Numbered from the stretch's first letter, positions 36,650-46,438 are shown. The stretch is 64,000 bases of DNA from Planctomycetota bacterium (GCA_038060895.1 JBBTCT010000009.1:80082-144081); one strand, 5' to 3'. A program made the numbers and translations. Notes: generated by a model from the sequence alone, not told the origin.

Positions 36650-37708
36650 ATGATCAGTCTGATCGACCGCGTCATCGGTGTGTTCAGCACCGATATGGGC
36701 ATCGACCTGGGCACCTGCAACACGCTCGTCTGCGTGCGGGGGCAAGGGATCGTCTTGAACGAGCCCAGCGTCGTCGCGGTGAAGAAGGGCACCAACCAGA
36801 TCCTCATGAACGGCCAGGCCGTCGGCTCGGCCGCCAAGGACATGCTCGGAAAGTGTCCCGGAAACATCGAGGCGATCCGCCCGATGAAAGACGGCGTCAT
36901 CGCCGACTTCGACATCACCGAGGCGATGATCAAGTACTTCATCCAGAAAATTCACAAGCGCAAGGGGTGGTTCCGCCCGCGCGTGATCGTGGCGCACCCG
37001 AGCGGGATCACGGGCGTCGAGAAGCGCGCGGTGCTCGCCAGCGCCGAGCGCGCCGGCGCGCGCCAGGTCTTCCTCGTCCCCGAGCCCATCGCGTCCGGCA
37101 TCGGCGTCGGCCTCCCGATCCAGGAGCCGCGCGGCTCGATGATCGTGGACATCGGCGGCGGCACTTCCGAAATCGCCGTCCTGTCCCTCGGCGCGGTCGT
37201 CGCGTGCAAGTCGATCCGTGTCGCAGGCGACGAGCTGAACGATTCGATCATGAAGCACTGCAAGGAGAACTACAACCTGTACATCGGCGAGAACACGGCC
37301 GAGAAGATCAAGATCACCATCGGGTCCGTCTCGCCGCTCGAGAAGGAACTCCAGATGGAAGTCCGCGGCGGCGACGTCGTCACGCGGATGCCCCGGTGCA
37401 TCATCGTGTCGAGCGCCGAGATCCGCAACGCGCTCATCGAGCCCGTGCTCAAGATCGTCAAGGCCATCAAGGAAACGCTCGAGATGCTTCCGCCCGAAAT
37501 CAGCGCCGACCTCGTCGAGAGCGGGGTGACGCTCGCCGGCGGCGGCGCACTCCTGCGCGGGATCAAGACGGCCATCACCCGCGAAATCGACATTCCCGTC
37601 GTGATCGCCGAGGACCCGCTCACCGCGGTCGCCCGCGGCACGGGCGTCATCCTAGACAACCTCGACCGCCTGCGCGACAGCATCGAATCTTCCGAGGATA
37701 TTGACTAA
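36650..37708 (+). CDS. mreB: Rod shape-determining protein MreB
   Basis: DMGIDLGT.NT, NEPSVVA, RPMKDGVIADF, VDIGGGTSE and GGGALL motifs. Confidence 0.97.
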   Translation: MISLIDRVIGVFSTDMGIDLGTCNTLVCVRGQGIVLNEPSVVAVKKGTNQILMNGQAVGSAAKDMLGKCPGNIEAIRPMKDGVIADFDITEAMIKYFIQKIHKRKGWFRPRVIVAHPSGITGVEKRAVLASAERAGARQVFLVPEPIASGIGVGLPIQEPRGSMIVDIGGGTSEIAVLSLGAVVACKSIRVAGDELNDSIMKHCKENYNLYIGENTAEKIKITIGSVSPLEKELQMEVRGGDVVTRMPRCIIVSSAEIRNALIEPVLKIVKAIKETLEMLPPEISADLVESGVTLAGGGALLRGIKTAITREIDIPVVIAEDPLTAVARGTGVILDNLDRLRDSIESSEDID

Positions 37709-37732
37709 CCGCACCAGGAAAACCTGAACCCC

Positions 37733-37794
37733 GAACCGGCCGGACTCGTTCGATTCGCCGCGCGCCTGGCGAGTCGAACGGGCCCGGCCGGTTC
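37733..37794. repeat. Long intergenic hairpin between mreB and mreC
   Basis: GAACCGGCCGGACTCGTTCGATTCGCC pairs with GGCGAGTCGAACGGGCCCGGCCGGTTC. Confidence 0.65.
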
Positions 37795-37838
37795 TCCATC
37801 CGCATGGCAACGGCGATGGCTGGAGAAAGCCGCCTGAG

Positions 37839-38609
37839 ATGCACCGCCTGAAACTGACCTGGTCCGTCCCGATCGCCCTCGCCCTGGCGTCGGGCGTCCT
37901 CATCCTCGCACAGTCGCGGCTTCCCGCAGGGCCGCGCTACGCACCCTTCGCCATCCTCCGCCCCCTGGCGGAGTGGCGCAACGGCGGCGAAGAAGTCAAC
38001 CGCCTGCGCTCCGAGAACGGAGAACTGCTCGCGGAACTGCTCAAGCAGCAGCGGAAGGCCGGCGAACTGGAAGCGCAGCTGCGACAGGTCAGCGCCTGGC
38101 GCGGCGATTCGATCGCCGACTCCCCGCGCGTCCTCCCCGCTTCCGTCATTCTCTCCGAGGATCCGTCGACCTGGCACGGCACGGTCATGATCGACAAGGG
38201 AACGCGGGACGGAGTGAAACCCGGGATGGTCGTCGCGGAAGGACCGAACATCGTCGGCCGGATCCTCGAAGCGGGCGAATCCACGGCGAGGGTGCGGCTG
38301 GTCACCGACCCGGCGTTCCGCATGAAGGTTTCCGCCGTCAAGAAAGGCGCCGGCGCCGGCGTGACGGGGATTCTTGCAGGAAGCGGCGACGGCACGTGCC
38401 GTCTCGAGTACGTCCTTGACCGGGAGCCCGTCGGCGAAGGCTGGCTCATCGTCAGCGTCGCGGATCCGGATCGCGGCTGGCCCGCCGGAAAGCTCATCGG
38501 CGAAGTCGTGAAAGGCGGCAACGGCGCCGGCGTGTACGGCGACATCGTGGTCCGCCCGCGCATGGACCCCAAGGCGCTCAGGCATGTGCTGGTGCTTGTC
38601 GGAAAGTAA
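37839..38609 (+). CDS. mreC: Rod shape-determining protein MreC
   Basis: TM, L..EN..L coiled coil, IDKG..DGV..GM.V, L.TD and P.G..IG.V motifs. Confidence 0.9.
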   Translation: MHRLKLTWSVPIALALASGVLILAQSRLPAGPRYAPFAILRPLAEWRNGGEEVNRLRSENGELLAELLKQQRKAGELEAQLRQVSAWRGDSIADSPRVLPASVILSEDPSTWHGTVMIDKGTRDGVKPGMVVAEGPNIVGRILEAGESTARVRLVTDPAFRMKVSAVKKGAGAGVTGILAGSGDGTCRLEYVLDREPVGEGWLIVSVADPDRGWPAGKLIGEVVKGGNGAGVYGDIVVRPRMDPKALRHVLVLVGK

Positions 38610-38610
38610 G

Positions 38611-38766
38611 GAGTGAGGAGTAGGGAGTTGGGAGTAGGAGGCAGTTGCGAGGAGGTTGTCGAGCAGACTATTCACCCTTCTCCCGGAAGACTCGGCGGCA
38701 ATTGGCGGTGACTCGTCGTTCCTACCCACGACTCACTACTCAACACTCATCACTCACGACTCCCCA
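38611..38766. repeat. Inverted pair of heptamer tracts
   Basis: GAGTGAG GAGTAGG GAGTTGG GAGTAGG (38611-38638), and a C-rich CACGACT/CACTACT/CAACACT/CATCACT tract (38721-38766). Confidence 0.75.
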
Positions 38767-38768
38767 CA

Positions 38769-39272
38769 ATGAACTGGCTCATCTTCATCGTCCTCGCCGT
38801 CCTCGCGACGATCGCCCAGATCGCCCTCGCTCCCCTGTTCGCCGTCGGCCGCGCCGTCCCTGACGTCGCCATCGTCGTCCTCGCCGCCGTCGCTCTTCGC
38901 ACCGGCCGCAACACCGCCTGCATCGCAGGCTGGTCTCTCGGACTCCTCCGCGACCTCTCGGGCGGAAGCGGCCCCGGGCCGTTCGCGCTGATGTTCCTGA
39001 TCGCCGCCCTCGTCACTGGCACCATGCGCGGCATGCTCTTCCCGTCGCGACCGCTCGGCATGGCGATCGGCTGCTTCGTCGCGGCCTGGGCGGCGCACGC
39101 GCCGTACGGGATGGTGCTGGCGGCGCGCTACGGCGTCGGCTTCTGGGACGGAGTCGGCCACTCGCTCGCCGTTGCGGCGCTCACCGCCGGGCTCGGCGCG
39201 CTCGCCGCCCGGCCCTTCGCAAGAATCCGCGGCATCGCCGGCTGGGCCCCGGAACGGGAGCTCCTCGCGTGA
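38769..39272 (+). CDS. mreD: Rod shape-determining protein MreD
   Basis: Hydrophobic; VPD and GLLRDL.G motifs; follows mreC. Confidence 0.85.
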   Translation: MNWLIFIVLAVLATIAQIALAPLFAVGRAVPDVAIVVLAAVALRTGRNTACIAGWSLGLLRDLSGGSGPGPFALMFLIAALVTGTMRGMLFPSRPLGMAIGCFVAAWAAHAPYGMVLAARYGVGFWDGVGHSLAVAALTAGLGALAARPFARIRGIAGWAPERELLA

Positions 39273-41629
39273 CGAAACTGCGCGTGGTGGTCTTCAGCTT
39301 TCTCCTGCTGCTTCCGTTCGGGGCGCTGGAAGCGCGGCTTTTCTGGATGCAGGTCCTGGCCACGGAGGAATTCCGCTCGCGCGGGGACTGGACGCGGGAG
39401 TGGGTGGAAGTGGTGCCGACGCCGCGGGGGAGGATCTTCGGCCGGCACGGGGAAGTTCTGGCGGCGGAGGAGCGGTGTTTCGACGTGGACGTGATGCTGG
39501 CAGATTTTGAAATGCCTCGCGTCAAGGGTCGCGAGCCGGAGCTGGATTACATGAAGCTCGCCCGGCTCATGAGGGACGCGCTCGGGCTGACGGGGGCAGG
39601 GGCGGGATTCGACGAGCGCCAGTGCGCGGCGATGCTGCGCGAGCGGGCGTATCCGGTGCGGACCCTTCTGGGGGCCGACGGGAAGACGCTCGTGGTGCCC
39701 GACTCGGAAGCGATCGGCGCGATGCTGCGATCGGGGGGAGTCCTGCCGCGGCCGGAGCCGGCGCTCATGTACGTGAAACTCGTGAGAGCGCTCAAGGCCG
39801 CGGACCGCGCGGCTCACGCGCGGTGCAACGTGCCCGGAAAGCCGCCGGTGAGCGCGCGCGACCGGCGCAACATCATCCGGCAGGAGTGGCGCCAGCCCTA
39901 CCGGCTCTGGCAGGGATTGTCGTACGACCAGATGAGCGAAATCGCAATCGATGAAGACGCCTTCCCCGGGCTTGAGATTCGCGCGCGCACGAAGCGCGTC
40001 TATCCGGCGGGACGGACATCCTGCCAGGCGGTGGGGTCCGTCGGCTTGATGGGTGAAGAGGAGTACCGGGATTTCGAAAGGGCAGGGGTGTTCCGGATCG
40101 AAGTGGGGCTCCCCCTGACGGAAGACAATCAAGCGTTCCGGAAGGAGAAAGCGGAAGCGAAGGAACCCGGTATGCGCCGCACGACCTGGCCGGATCGCGT
40201 GAATCGCGCGCTCGCCGGAAAAATCAGCGACGCCGAGTACGAACGGCTCGAGTTCCGCGGGGCCTTCTACGGCGACTGGGTCGGGAGAACGGGCATCGAA
40301 CGCTGGTACGAAGACGTGCTTGGCGGCGAACGCGGATTCGAACGGCGGGCCAAGAATCTGCTGACGAAGCGCGAGTGGATCGTCGAGCGCGTGGCGCCGG
40401 TCGTCGGGAAGGACGTCACTCTCGCGCTCGACATGCCGCTTCAGAGCAAGGCCGAGGAACTGCTCGACACGCTTCCGGGCGCCCTCAAGGGCTCGATCGT
40501 CCTGATGGACATCGCCACCGGCGACGTGCTGGTCCTTGCGAGCGCGCCCGGGTACGACGCGAACTGGCTCATCCCGCCGATGGGGAAAGAGGAGCTGGAC
40601 GCTCTTTACGATGCAGCCACGGCGCCGCTCCTGAATCGCCCGATCTCCGGCCGCTACCCGCTCGGCTCGATCTTCAAGACCATGACGGGCGCGGCGGGGC
40701 TTGAGTCCGGAAGGGTGACTGCGGCGGACCTGTTTCTTTGCCGCGGCCGGTACGACCCCGTCAAGTGGCCGAACAAGTTCGCATGCCATGGCAGCTGCGG
40801 AAGTCTCAGCCTGCGCGAAGCGCTGGGGCGATCGTGCAACTGCTTCTTCTTCGAAGCCGGGAATCGCGCGGGGATCGAATCCATCGCCGAAATGGCGAAC
40901 CGCTTCGGCCTCGGCCGTAAATCCGGCATCGACCTTCCTGGCGAAACCGCCGGTCAGATTCCCACGCCCGCCTGGCGTCGCGCCACGGGGCGCGGAAGGT
41001 GGGGATTCGCCGATACCCTGAACGTTTCGATCGGCCAGGGCGAAATGCTCGTGACGCCCCTGCAGGCCGCGCGCCTCATGGCGGGACTGGCTTCCGGGAG
41101 ACTCCCTGTGCCGCGCATGCGGCTCGATGGACCGGCGCGCTTCGAAGAGCTCAACCTCAAGCCCGAGACGCTGGCCACGATCCGGAACGGACTCGAAGCC
41201 GTGACCATGGGGGAGCATGTCGGCACCGCCTACGACAGTGGCCTCCGACTGTTCAGGGCCGCGGGCAAGACCTCGACGGCCCAGTCGGACTCGAAGCGCG
41301 TCTCCGAGGGCGGCCGGCAGAACCACGGCTGGTTCGCCGGGTACGTGCCCTTCGACAAACCGAAATACGCCTTCTGCGTGATGATCGAGGAAGGCGGGGC
41401 GGGAAGCGGCATTCCCGCGAAGACGGCGGCGCGGCTGCTCCACTCGATCTGGCCCGAGGTCGAGCTCCCGGGCGACGTGCTGAAGCCGACGGGCCCGGCG
41501 GCCAACGACGACGTGACCCCCGCGCCGCGCGACGAGACGAACGACGAGAGCGATTCCAGCGGAGAAACACAGGACGGACCCGCGCCTGACCCGCAGAGGT
41601 CTCCCCCCGGTCAGGAGCTGCCGCGATGA
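39269..41629 (+). CDS. mrdA: Penicillin-binding protein 2 (MrdA) with a large insertion
   Basis: PRGRI, GRTGIE..YE, YPLGSIFK, SCN, IGQG...TPLQ and GKTSTAQ motifs; mreBCD-rodA context. Confidence 0.88.
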   Translation: MTKLRVVVFSFLLLLPFGALEARLFWMQVLATEEFRSRGDWTREWVEVVPTPRGRIFGRHGEVLAAEERCFDVDVMLADFEMPRVKGREPELDYMKLARLMRDALGLTGAGAGFDERQCAAMLRERAYPVRTLLGADGKTLVVPDSEAIGAMLRSGGVLPRPEPALMYVKLVRALKAADRAAHARCNVPGKPPVSARDRRNIIRQEWRQPYRLWQGLSYDQMSEIAIDEDAFPGLEIRARTKRVYPAGRTSCQAVGSVGLMGEEEYRDFERAGVFRIEVGLPLTEDNQAFRKEKAEAKEPGMRRTTWPDRVNRALAGKISDAEYERLEFRGAFYGDWVGRTGIERWYEDVLGGERGFERRAKNLLTKREWIVERVAPVVGKDVTLALDMPLQSKAEELLDTLPGALKGSIVLMDIATGDVLVLASAPGYDANWLIPPMGKEELDALYDAATAPLLNRPISGRYPLGSIFKTMTGAAGLESGRVTAADLFLCRGRYDPVKWPNKFACHGSCGSLSLREALGRSCNCFFFEAGNRAGIESIAEMANRFGLGRKSGIDLPGETAGQIPTPAWRRATGRGRWGFADTLNVSIGQGEMLVTPLQAARLMAGLASGRLPVPRMRLDGPARFEELNLKPETLATIRNGLEAVTMGEHVGTAYDSGLRLFRAAGKTSTAQSDSKRVSEGGRQNHGWFAGYVPFDKPKYAFCVMIEEGGAGSGIPAKTAARLLHSIWPEVELPGDVLKPTGPAANDDVTPAPRDETNDESDSSGETQDGPAPDPQRSPPGQELPR

Positions 41630-42858
41630 TGCTCCCCGGCCGCCTCTTTTCTCCCTCGATCCCGATCGTTCTGCCCGTGATGCTCCTGGTCGCGGTCGGG
41701 CTGACGTCGATCTTCGAAGCGGCGCCGCCGTTCCCGAAGTTTCCGGCCGAAGGAAATTTTCAGGCGGTGCTCAAGGAAGGCGGCTATCACGCCGCTTCCA
41801 CGATCGCGCTGAAGTCGTTCTTCGGGAAACAGTGCGTCGCGGCCTTCATCGGCGCCGTGCTGGCCTTCGTGGTGTCGCGCATGCGTCCGAACCGCATCCG
41901 CGCCGCCGGGTATTCGCTGTACGGGTCGTGCCTCGGCGTGCTGGCCGTGCTGTTCGTCCTGGGCCGCGTCCGCAACGGCGCCCGGTCGTGGTTTGTGCTC
42001 GGACCGGTTTCGATTCAGCCGAGCGAATTCATGAAGCTGTTCTTCGTGCTGACGCTCGCGCGCTTTCTCATGTGGCGGAAAACCCCCGACCGGATCGCGC
42101 GGCTCGCCGTGCCCGCCCTGCTTGCGCTGGTCCCTTTCGCGATCATCCTCCTGCAGCCAGATCTCGGCACCGCCTTGATTTTCCCGGCGATGTTCGTCGC
42201 GATGATGTGGGTGGCGGGGTGTCGGAAGCGGTACATGGCGATCGGCGTGGTCCTGGTTCTGATCGGGACTCCTGTTGCGTACAAGTTCGGGTTCAAGGAG
42301 TACCAGAAGAAGCGCTTCGAGGCATTCCTGAATCCGCAGGCGATGAGCCAGGATGCGGGATTCCAATTGCTGCAATCGCAGCGGGCGATCGGGTCGGGGA
42401 GGTGGGTCGGGAAGGGATTTGCGGAATCCGAGCAGGAGGGAACCGAGTCGTTTGTTCCCGAGCGTCACAACGATTTCATCTTCTCGGTCATCGGCGAAGA
42501 GTGGGGATTTCTGGGGGCCTCTGCGGTTCTGTCGCTGTTTCTCATCCTGCTTATGGCGATGGTCCATGGGGCTTTCCGGGCGCGGGATCCTTTCAGTCGA
42601 CTGGTCCTGACGGGGCTGTCCGCAGGGTTTGCGACGCAGATTTTCGTCAACGTCGGCATGACCATAGGCTTGGCCCCGATCACCGGAATTACTTTGCCAT
42701 TCTTGAGTTACGGAGGATCTTCCCTGGTCGCCTCACTGCTGTCCGCAGGGATAGCCTGGAACGTCGTTTCCCAGCATACGGTGACTCTCGCCGGGAAGGA
42801 CTTCCAGGAAGGAGCGGGCCAAGTTCTGGATATGGGAACCGACCCCTGGCGCCGGTAG
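41626..42858 (+). CDS. rodA: SEDS glycosyltransferase RodA
   Basis: IQPSEF.K, LQPDLGT, PERHNDFIF and GITLPFLSYGGSS motifs. Confidence 0.93.
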   Translation: MMLPGRLFSPSIPIVLPVMLLVAVGLTSIFEAAPPFPKFPAEGNFQAVLKEGGYHAASTIALKSFFGKQCVAAFIGAVLAFVVSRMRPNRIRAAGYSLYGSCLGVLAVLFVLGRVRNGARSWFVLGPVSIQPSEFMKLFFVLTLARFLMWRKTPDRIARLAVPALLALVPFAIILLQPDLGTALIFPAMFVAMMWVAGCRKRYMAIGVVLVLIGTPVAYKFGFKEYQKKRFEAFLNPQAMSQDAGFQLLQSQRAIGSGRWVGKGFAESEQEGTESFVPERHNDFIFSVIGEEWGFLGASAVLSLFLILLMAMVHGAFRARDPFSRLVLTGLSAGFATQIFVNVGMTIGLAPITGITLPFLSYGGSSLVASLLSAGIAWNVVSQHTVTLAGKDFQEGAGQVLDMGTDPWRR

Positions 42859-42924
42859 CTGCAACTCATTTGCCAGCAAGGGCTTTCGGCTATTTTCAAC
42901 GGGTTCTCCACACTCCCAAAATCC

Positions 42925-42952
42925 TTGACATATGATTTGGACCGCGTATAAT
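42925..42952 (+). promoter_or_regulatory. Consensus sigma-70 promoter
   Basis: TTGACA-16-TATAAT. Confidence 0.75.
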
Positions 42953-42995
42953 GGCGCTTCTCAAATTGCTCTAACTCGGGAGTGCGCTTAGGCTT

Positions 42996-44015
42996 ATGTC
43001 AACGAAAGTCGCAAGGGACGCGGCTTCGGCCCGAAAGGCCACCCGCAACCTCCTCAAACAACTTCAGCGCCGCCATAAGCCTAATCCCGTCAAGCACGGC
43101 AAGACCTCGATCGAGCACCTCATCTACGTCATTCTCGCTCAGCGCAACCCCGAACGCCGCGCCGCCGGCGCTCTTCGCGATCTCCGTTCCCAGTTCGCCG
43201 GCTGGAACGAAGTCCGCGTCTCCTCCGTTCTCGAAATCGGAGAAGTCCTCCGCGCTCACAACGTCCTCAACCCCCTCCAGAAAGCCGAACAGGTCATTCG
43301 CGCCCTCTCACGCACCTTCTCGGACGTCCACAAGTTCAAGCTCGAGGACCTCTCGCGCGACGACGCCGAAGAAACGCGCGTCTACATGGCCCGCAAACTC
43401 GGCCTCCCCGGCTATGTCGTCGCCGATTACCTCTTCAGCTCCTTCGGCTACGGCCGCATCCCCATCGACGATTCCGTCGGCCGCTTCCTCCACCGCCTCG
43501 GCTTCGTCGCCGCCAAACACGAATTCCCCAAGTTCGAAAAAACAATCAGCGAAGGCCTGACGTCCCGCGAGTGCGCCGACGCCTACCGCATCCTCGACGC
43601 CTTCGCGACCGAAACCTGCACCGAGAAAGAACCCCACTGCCCCCGCTGCCCGCTCTTCAGCCAGTGCCCCGAAGGCAAGGCACGCAAAGCGGCTGCTGAA
43701 GCGGCGAAGCTGGCGCCTCCGATCGACGAAAAGGTGAAAGCCGCCGCGGATGCCGCAGCGTTGAAGGCGGAAGAAGCGGCCGCAAAGCTGTTGTCGCAGC
43801 CGGCGAAGCCGCCGATGTCGGCGCATCCCCCGAGGCCCGGTCAACCCGGCTCAGGAAAATCCGCCTTCGGCCGGCCCGGCGCCCGCTTCGGCATCCGGCC
43901 CGCATTCCGGCCGCCACTCCCCGCGCCGGCCGTCCTTAAGCCGCCTCCCCCGAAACCGGTCGCCGCCAGGCCCAGTCCCGGCGGAAGCGCGGCGAAGCAC
44001 AAGTCGAAGCGCTAG
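42996..44015 (+). CDS. Endonuclease III/HhH-GPD-like protein with [4Fe-4S] motif and Pro/Lys-rich tail
   Basis: LI..ILAQ, WNEVRV, PIDD and C-x6-C-x2-C-x5-C motifs. Confidence 0.75.
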   Translation: MSTKVARDAASARKATRNLLKQLQRRHKPNPVKHGKTSIEHLIYVILAQRNPERRAAGALRDLRSQFAGWNEVRVSSVLEIGEVLRAHNVLNPLQKAEQVIRALSRTFSDVHKFKLEDLSRDDAEETRVYMARKLGLPGYVVADYLFSSFGYGRIPIDDSVGRFLHRLGFVAAKHEFPKFEKTISEGLTSRECADAYRILDAFATETCTEKEPHCPRCPLFSQCPEGKARKAAAEAAKLAPPIDEKVKAAADAAALKAEEAAAKLLSQPAKPPMSAHPPRPGQPGSGKSAFGRPGARFGIRPAFRPPLPAPAVLKPPPPKPVAARPSPGGSAAKHKSKR

Positions 44016-44104
44016 CACCGCAGGGAGCGCGAGGATTCCTTTCCGCGTCTCACCGCCGGGTATAATCTCTTCACCCGTCCCGCCGAGTCACACAGGAGGA
44101 TTTC

Positions 44105-44842
44105 ATGTCAGGCCATAGTCATTGGGCGACGATCAAGCACAAGAAGGCCGCCACCGACGCCAAGAAGGGCAAGGCGTTTTCGAAGGTCGTGAAGTTGATC
44201 ATGGCGGCCGCGAAGAAGGGCGGCGGCGACCCGAAGATGAACCTCAAGCTGGCGTACGCGCTGGAAGAAGGCAAGGCCTGCAATCTTCCGAAGGACACGG
44301 TCGAGAAGGCGATCAAGAAGGGAACGGGCGAGCTCGAGGGCGTGAGCTACGAGGAAGTCACCTACGAGGGCTACGGCCCGGGAGGGATCGCGGTCATCGC
44401 GGACGCGCTCACGGACAACATTCACCGCACGGTCTCCGAGATCCGCAAGATCTTCGAGTCCAAGGGCGGCAAGATGGGCGACCGGAATTGCGTGGCGTAC
44501 ATGTTTGAAAAGAAAGGCCTGATCCTGATTCCCAGGGGGACGCTGAACGACGACAAGGCGATGGAACTCGGGCTCGAGATCGGCGCGGAGGACGTGCAGC
44601 CCATTGAAGACGGCTACGAGGTGACTTGCGCCGCCGGAGACTTCGGCACTGTCGTGAATGCCCTGAAAGCCAGGAAGATCGAACCTGTCTCCGCCGCCGT
44701 TCCTCGCCTCGCCAAGGACCGCATCCCGCTGGACCCGGAGAAGGCGCGGAAGGCTCTGAACCTGATGGAAGCGCTCGAAGAGCACGAGGACGTCAACGAG
44801 GTCGCGTCGAATTTTGATCTTCCGGCGGGATTCACCGAGTAA
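44105..44842 (+). CDS. yebC: YebC/PmpR family protein
   Basis: MSGHSHWATIKHKK, YEGYGPGG and TDN..RT motifs. Confidence 0.95.
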   Translation: MSGHSHWATIKHKKAATDAKKGKAFSKVVKLIMAAAKKGGGDPKMNLKLAYALEEGKACNLPKDTVEKAIKKGTGELEGVSYEEVTYEGYGPGGIAVIADALTDNIHRTVSEIRKIFESKGGKMGDRNCVAYMFEKKGLILIPRGTLNDDKAMELGLEIGAEDVQPIEDGYEVTCAAGDFGTVVNALKARKIEPVSAAVPRLAKDRIPLDPEKARKALNLMEALEEHEDVNEVASNFDLPAGFTE

Positions 44843-44859
44843 CTGGCGAGGACAAGCCC

Positions 44860-45228
44860 ATGCCCCGGATCATGCTGAAGGGCGTTGCCGGCATCGTGAA
44901 GGATGAATCCTTCCCGATCGAGCCGGGGCAGGATGTCGTGCTCGGCCGGAGCCGTTCGTGCGAGATTTCGCTGAAGTCATGCCGGGCGTATTCGCTGATG
45001 GAGCCGGAGCAGAGGGACAAGGACGAGGGGCTCCTGACTGTTTCGCGGAAGCACGTACGGATCCGCTTCATCAAGACTGACGGGATTGAAATCGAGGACC
45101 TGAGCTCGAACGGGACGTTTCTGGACGGGAAGAAGGTCGAGAAGATGACGATTACGGATCTTCCCGCGAAGTCGTGCGAGCTGCGCCTCGGCCGGCGCGA
45201 GACGTTCAAGATGGAATTTGTCGCCTGA
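44860..45228 (+). CDS. FHA domain protein
   Basis: LGRS, VSRKH and EDLSSNGTFLDG motifs. Confidence 0.88.
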   Translation: MPRIMLKGVAGIVKDESFPIEPGQDVVLGRSRSCEISLKSCRAYSLMEPEQRDKDEGLLTVSRKHVRIRFIKTDGIEIEDLSSNGTFLDGKKVEKMTITDLPAKSCELRLGRRETFKMEFVA

Positions 45229-45339
45229 GCGCGCGGGGGGTGAACTCGAATCGAGCTGCGTCGGCCGGGTCAGCGTTGCCTGGACGGGAGATCTTGAAGG
45301 CCGACTCCGCCCCATTCGAGTCCACCCGCCGCGCGCTCA
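45226..45339. repeat. Inverted repeat element starting at a stop codon
   Basis: TGAGCGCGCGGGGGGTGAACTCGAAT pairs with ATTCGAGTCCACCCGCCGCGCGCTCA. Confidence 0.7.
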
Positions 45340-45402
45340 CCCTGATCCCATGACCGCGGGTCTCTTCCACGCGGACGAAGCGCGGCTTAGACTCGACCTC
45401 GC

Positions 45403-46293
45403 ATGCCGCGTTCACCTCGAATCCTTATCACCCTCGGCGATCCCCTCGGCATCGGCCCTGAGATCGTCGCTGCCGCGAAGAAGGCGTTTCCCCACGCGAC
45501 CACCGTCGGACCGGGGGCTGACATCGGGGTTGAGTGCGAGAAATTGCCGAAGCGGCGCGGGCCCTGCGCCGAGGGCGGCGCGGCGGCAATTGCGGCGCTT
45601 CGCCGGGCCGCGGAAATGTGCCTGGCGGGGGAAGCGGACGCGGTCGTGACGGCGCCGATTTCGAAGGAAGCGCTGAAGCTTGCGGGGGAGCCGTTTCCGG
45701 GGCACACAGAGTTCTTCGCAAAAGTCTGCGCCGTCAAGCGGCCGGTGATGGCGTTCTCGGCCGGCGACCTGTTCGTCAGCCTGGCGACGATTCATGTCGC
45801 GCTGAAGCGCGTCCCCCTGGCGGTGACGCGCGAGGCCGTGCTGACCGCCATCGAGCGAACGGACAAGGCGTTGCGTGAATGGTTTGGCAAGCCGCGCCCA
45901 CACATCGCCGTGTGCGGCCTGAACCCGCACGCGGGCGAGAACGGGCTCTTCGGCCGCGAAGAGATCAAGGTCATCGGCCCGGCGATCGAGGAAGCCTGCA
46001 AAAAAAATATCAATGCCACCGGCCCTCACCCGGCCGATTCGCTCTTCGCAAAGCGCGATTTCGACGGCGCGGTCGCGATGTATCACGACCAGGGGCTGGT
46101 AGCCGTGAAAGCGCTCGCCTGGAAAACGGCCGTCAACCTGACGTTGGGGTTGCCCTTCGTCCGCACCTCTCCCGATCACGGGACCGCCTTCGACATAGCG
46201 GGTAAGGGCACTGCGGACGCCACGTCGATGCTGGAGGCCGTCCGTCTAGCCGATCGCATCGTGCGCAGGTCCTCAAGTTCGAGCCTCTTCTAA
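45403..46293 (+). CDS. pdxA: 4-hydroxythreonine-4-phosphate dehydrogenase PdxA
   Basis: GDP.GIGPE, TAPISK, FPGHTE, GLNPHAGE, MYHDQGL and RTSPDHGTAFDIAG motifs. Confidence 0.95.
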   Translation: MPRSPRILITLGDPLGIGPEIVAAAKKAFPHATTVGPGADIGVECEKLPKRRGPCAEGGAAAIAALRRAAEMCLAGEADAVVTAPISKEALKLAGEPFPGHTEFFAKVCAVKRPVMAFSAGDLFVSLATIHVALKRVPLAVTREAVLTAIERTDKALREWFGKPRPHIAVCGLNPHAGENGLFGREEIKVIGPAIEEACKKNINATGPHPADSLFAKRDFDGAVAMYHDQGLVAVKALAWKTAVNLTLGLPFVRTSPDHGTAFDIAGKGTADATSMLEAVRLADRIVRRSSSSSLF

Positions 46294-46438
46294 GCGCGCG
46301 GGGGCGGGCGACCGAAGGCGTGGAAGGGGGCTCTCGAATCGCTTCGCCCGATCGCGTCCGGAAAACCGCACATTGAAGGGAGCGAAGCGATTCGAGAGCC
46401 CCCTTCCACGCCGCAGGCCGCCCGCCCCCGCGCGCTTA
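46291..46438. repeat. 148-bp inverted repeat (MITE/REP-like) bounded by the stops of two convergent genes
   Basis: TAAGCGCGCGGGGGCGGGCG..GGCGTGGAAGGGGGCTCTCGAATCGCTTCGC and its reverse complement ending in TTA. Confidence 0.85.
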
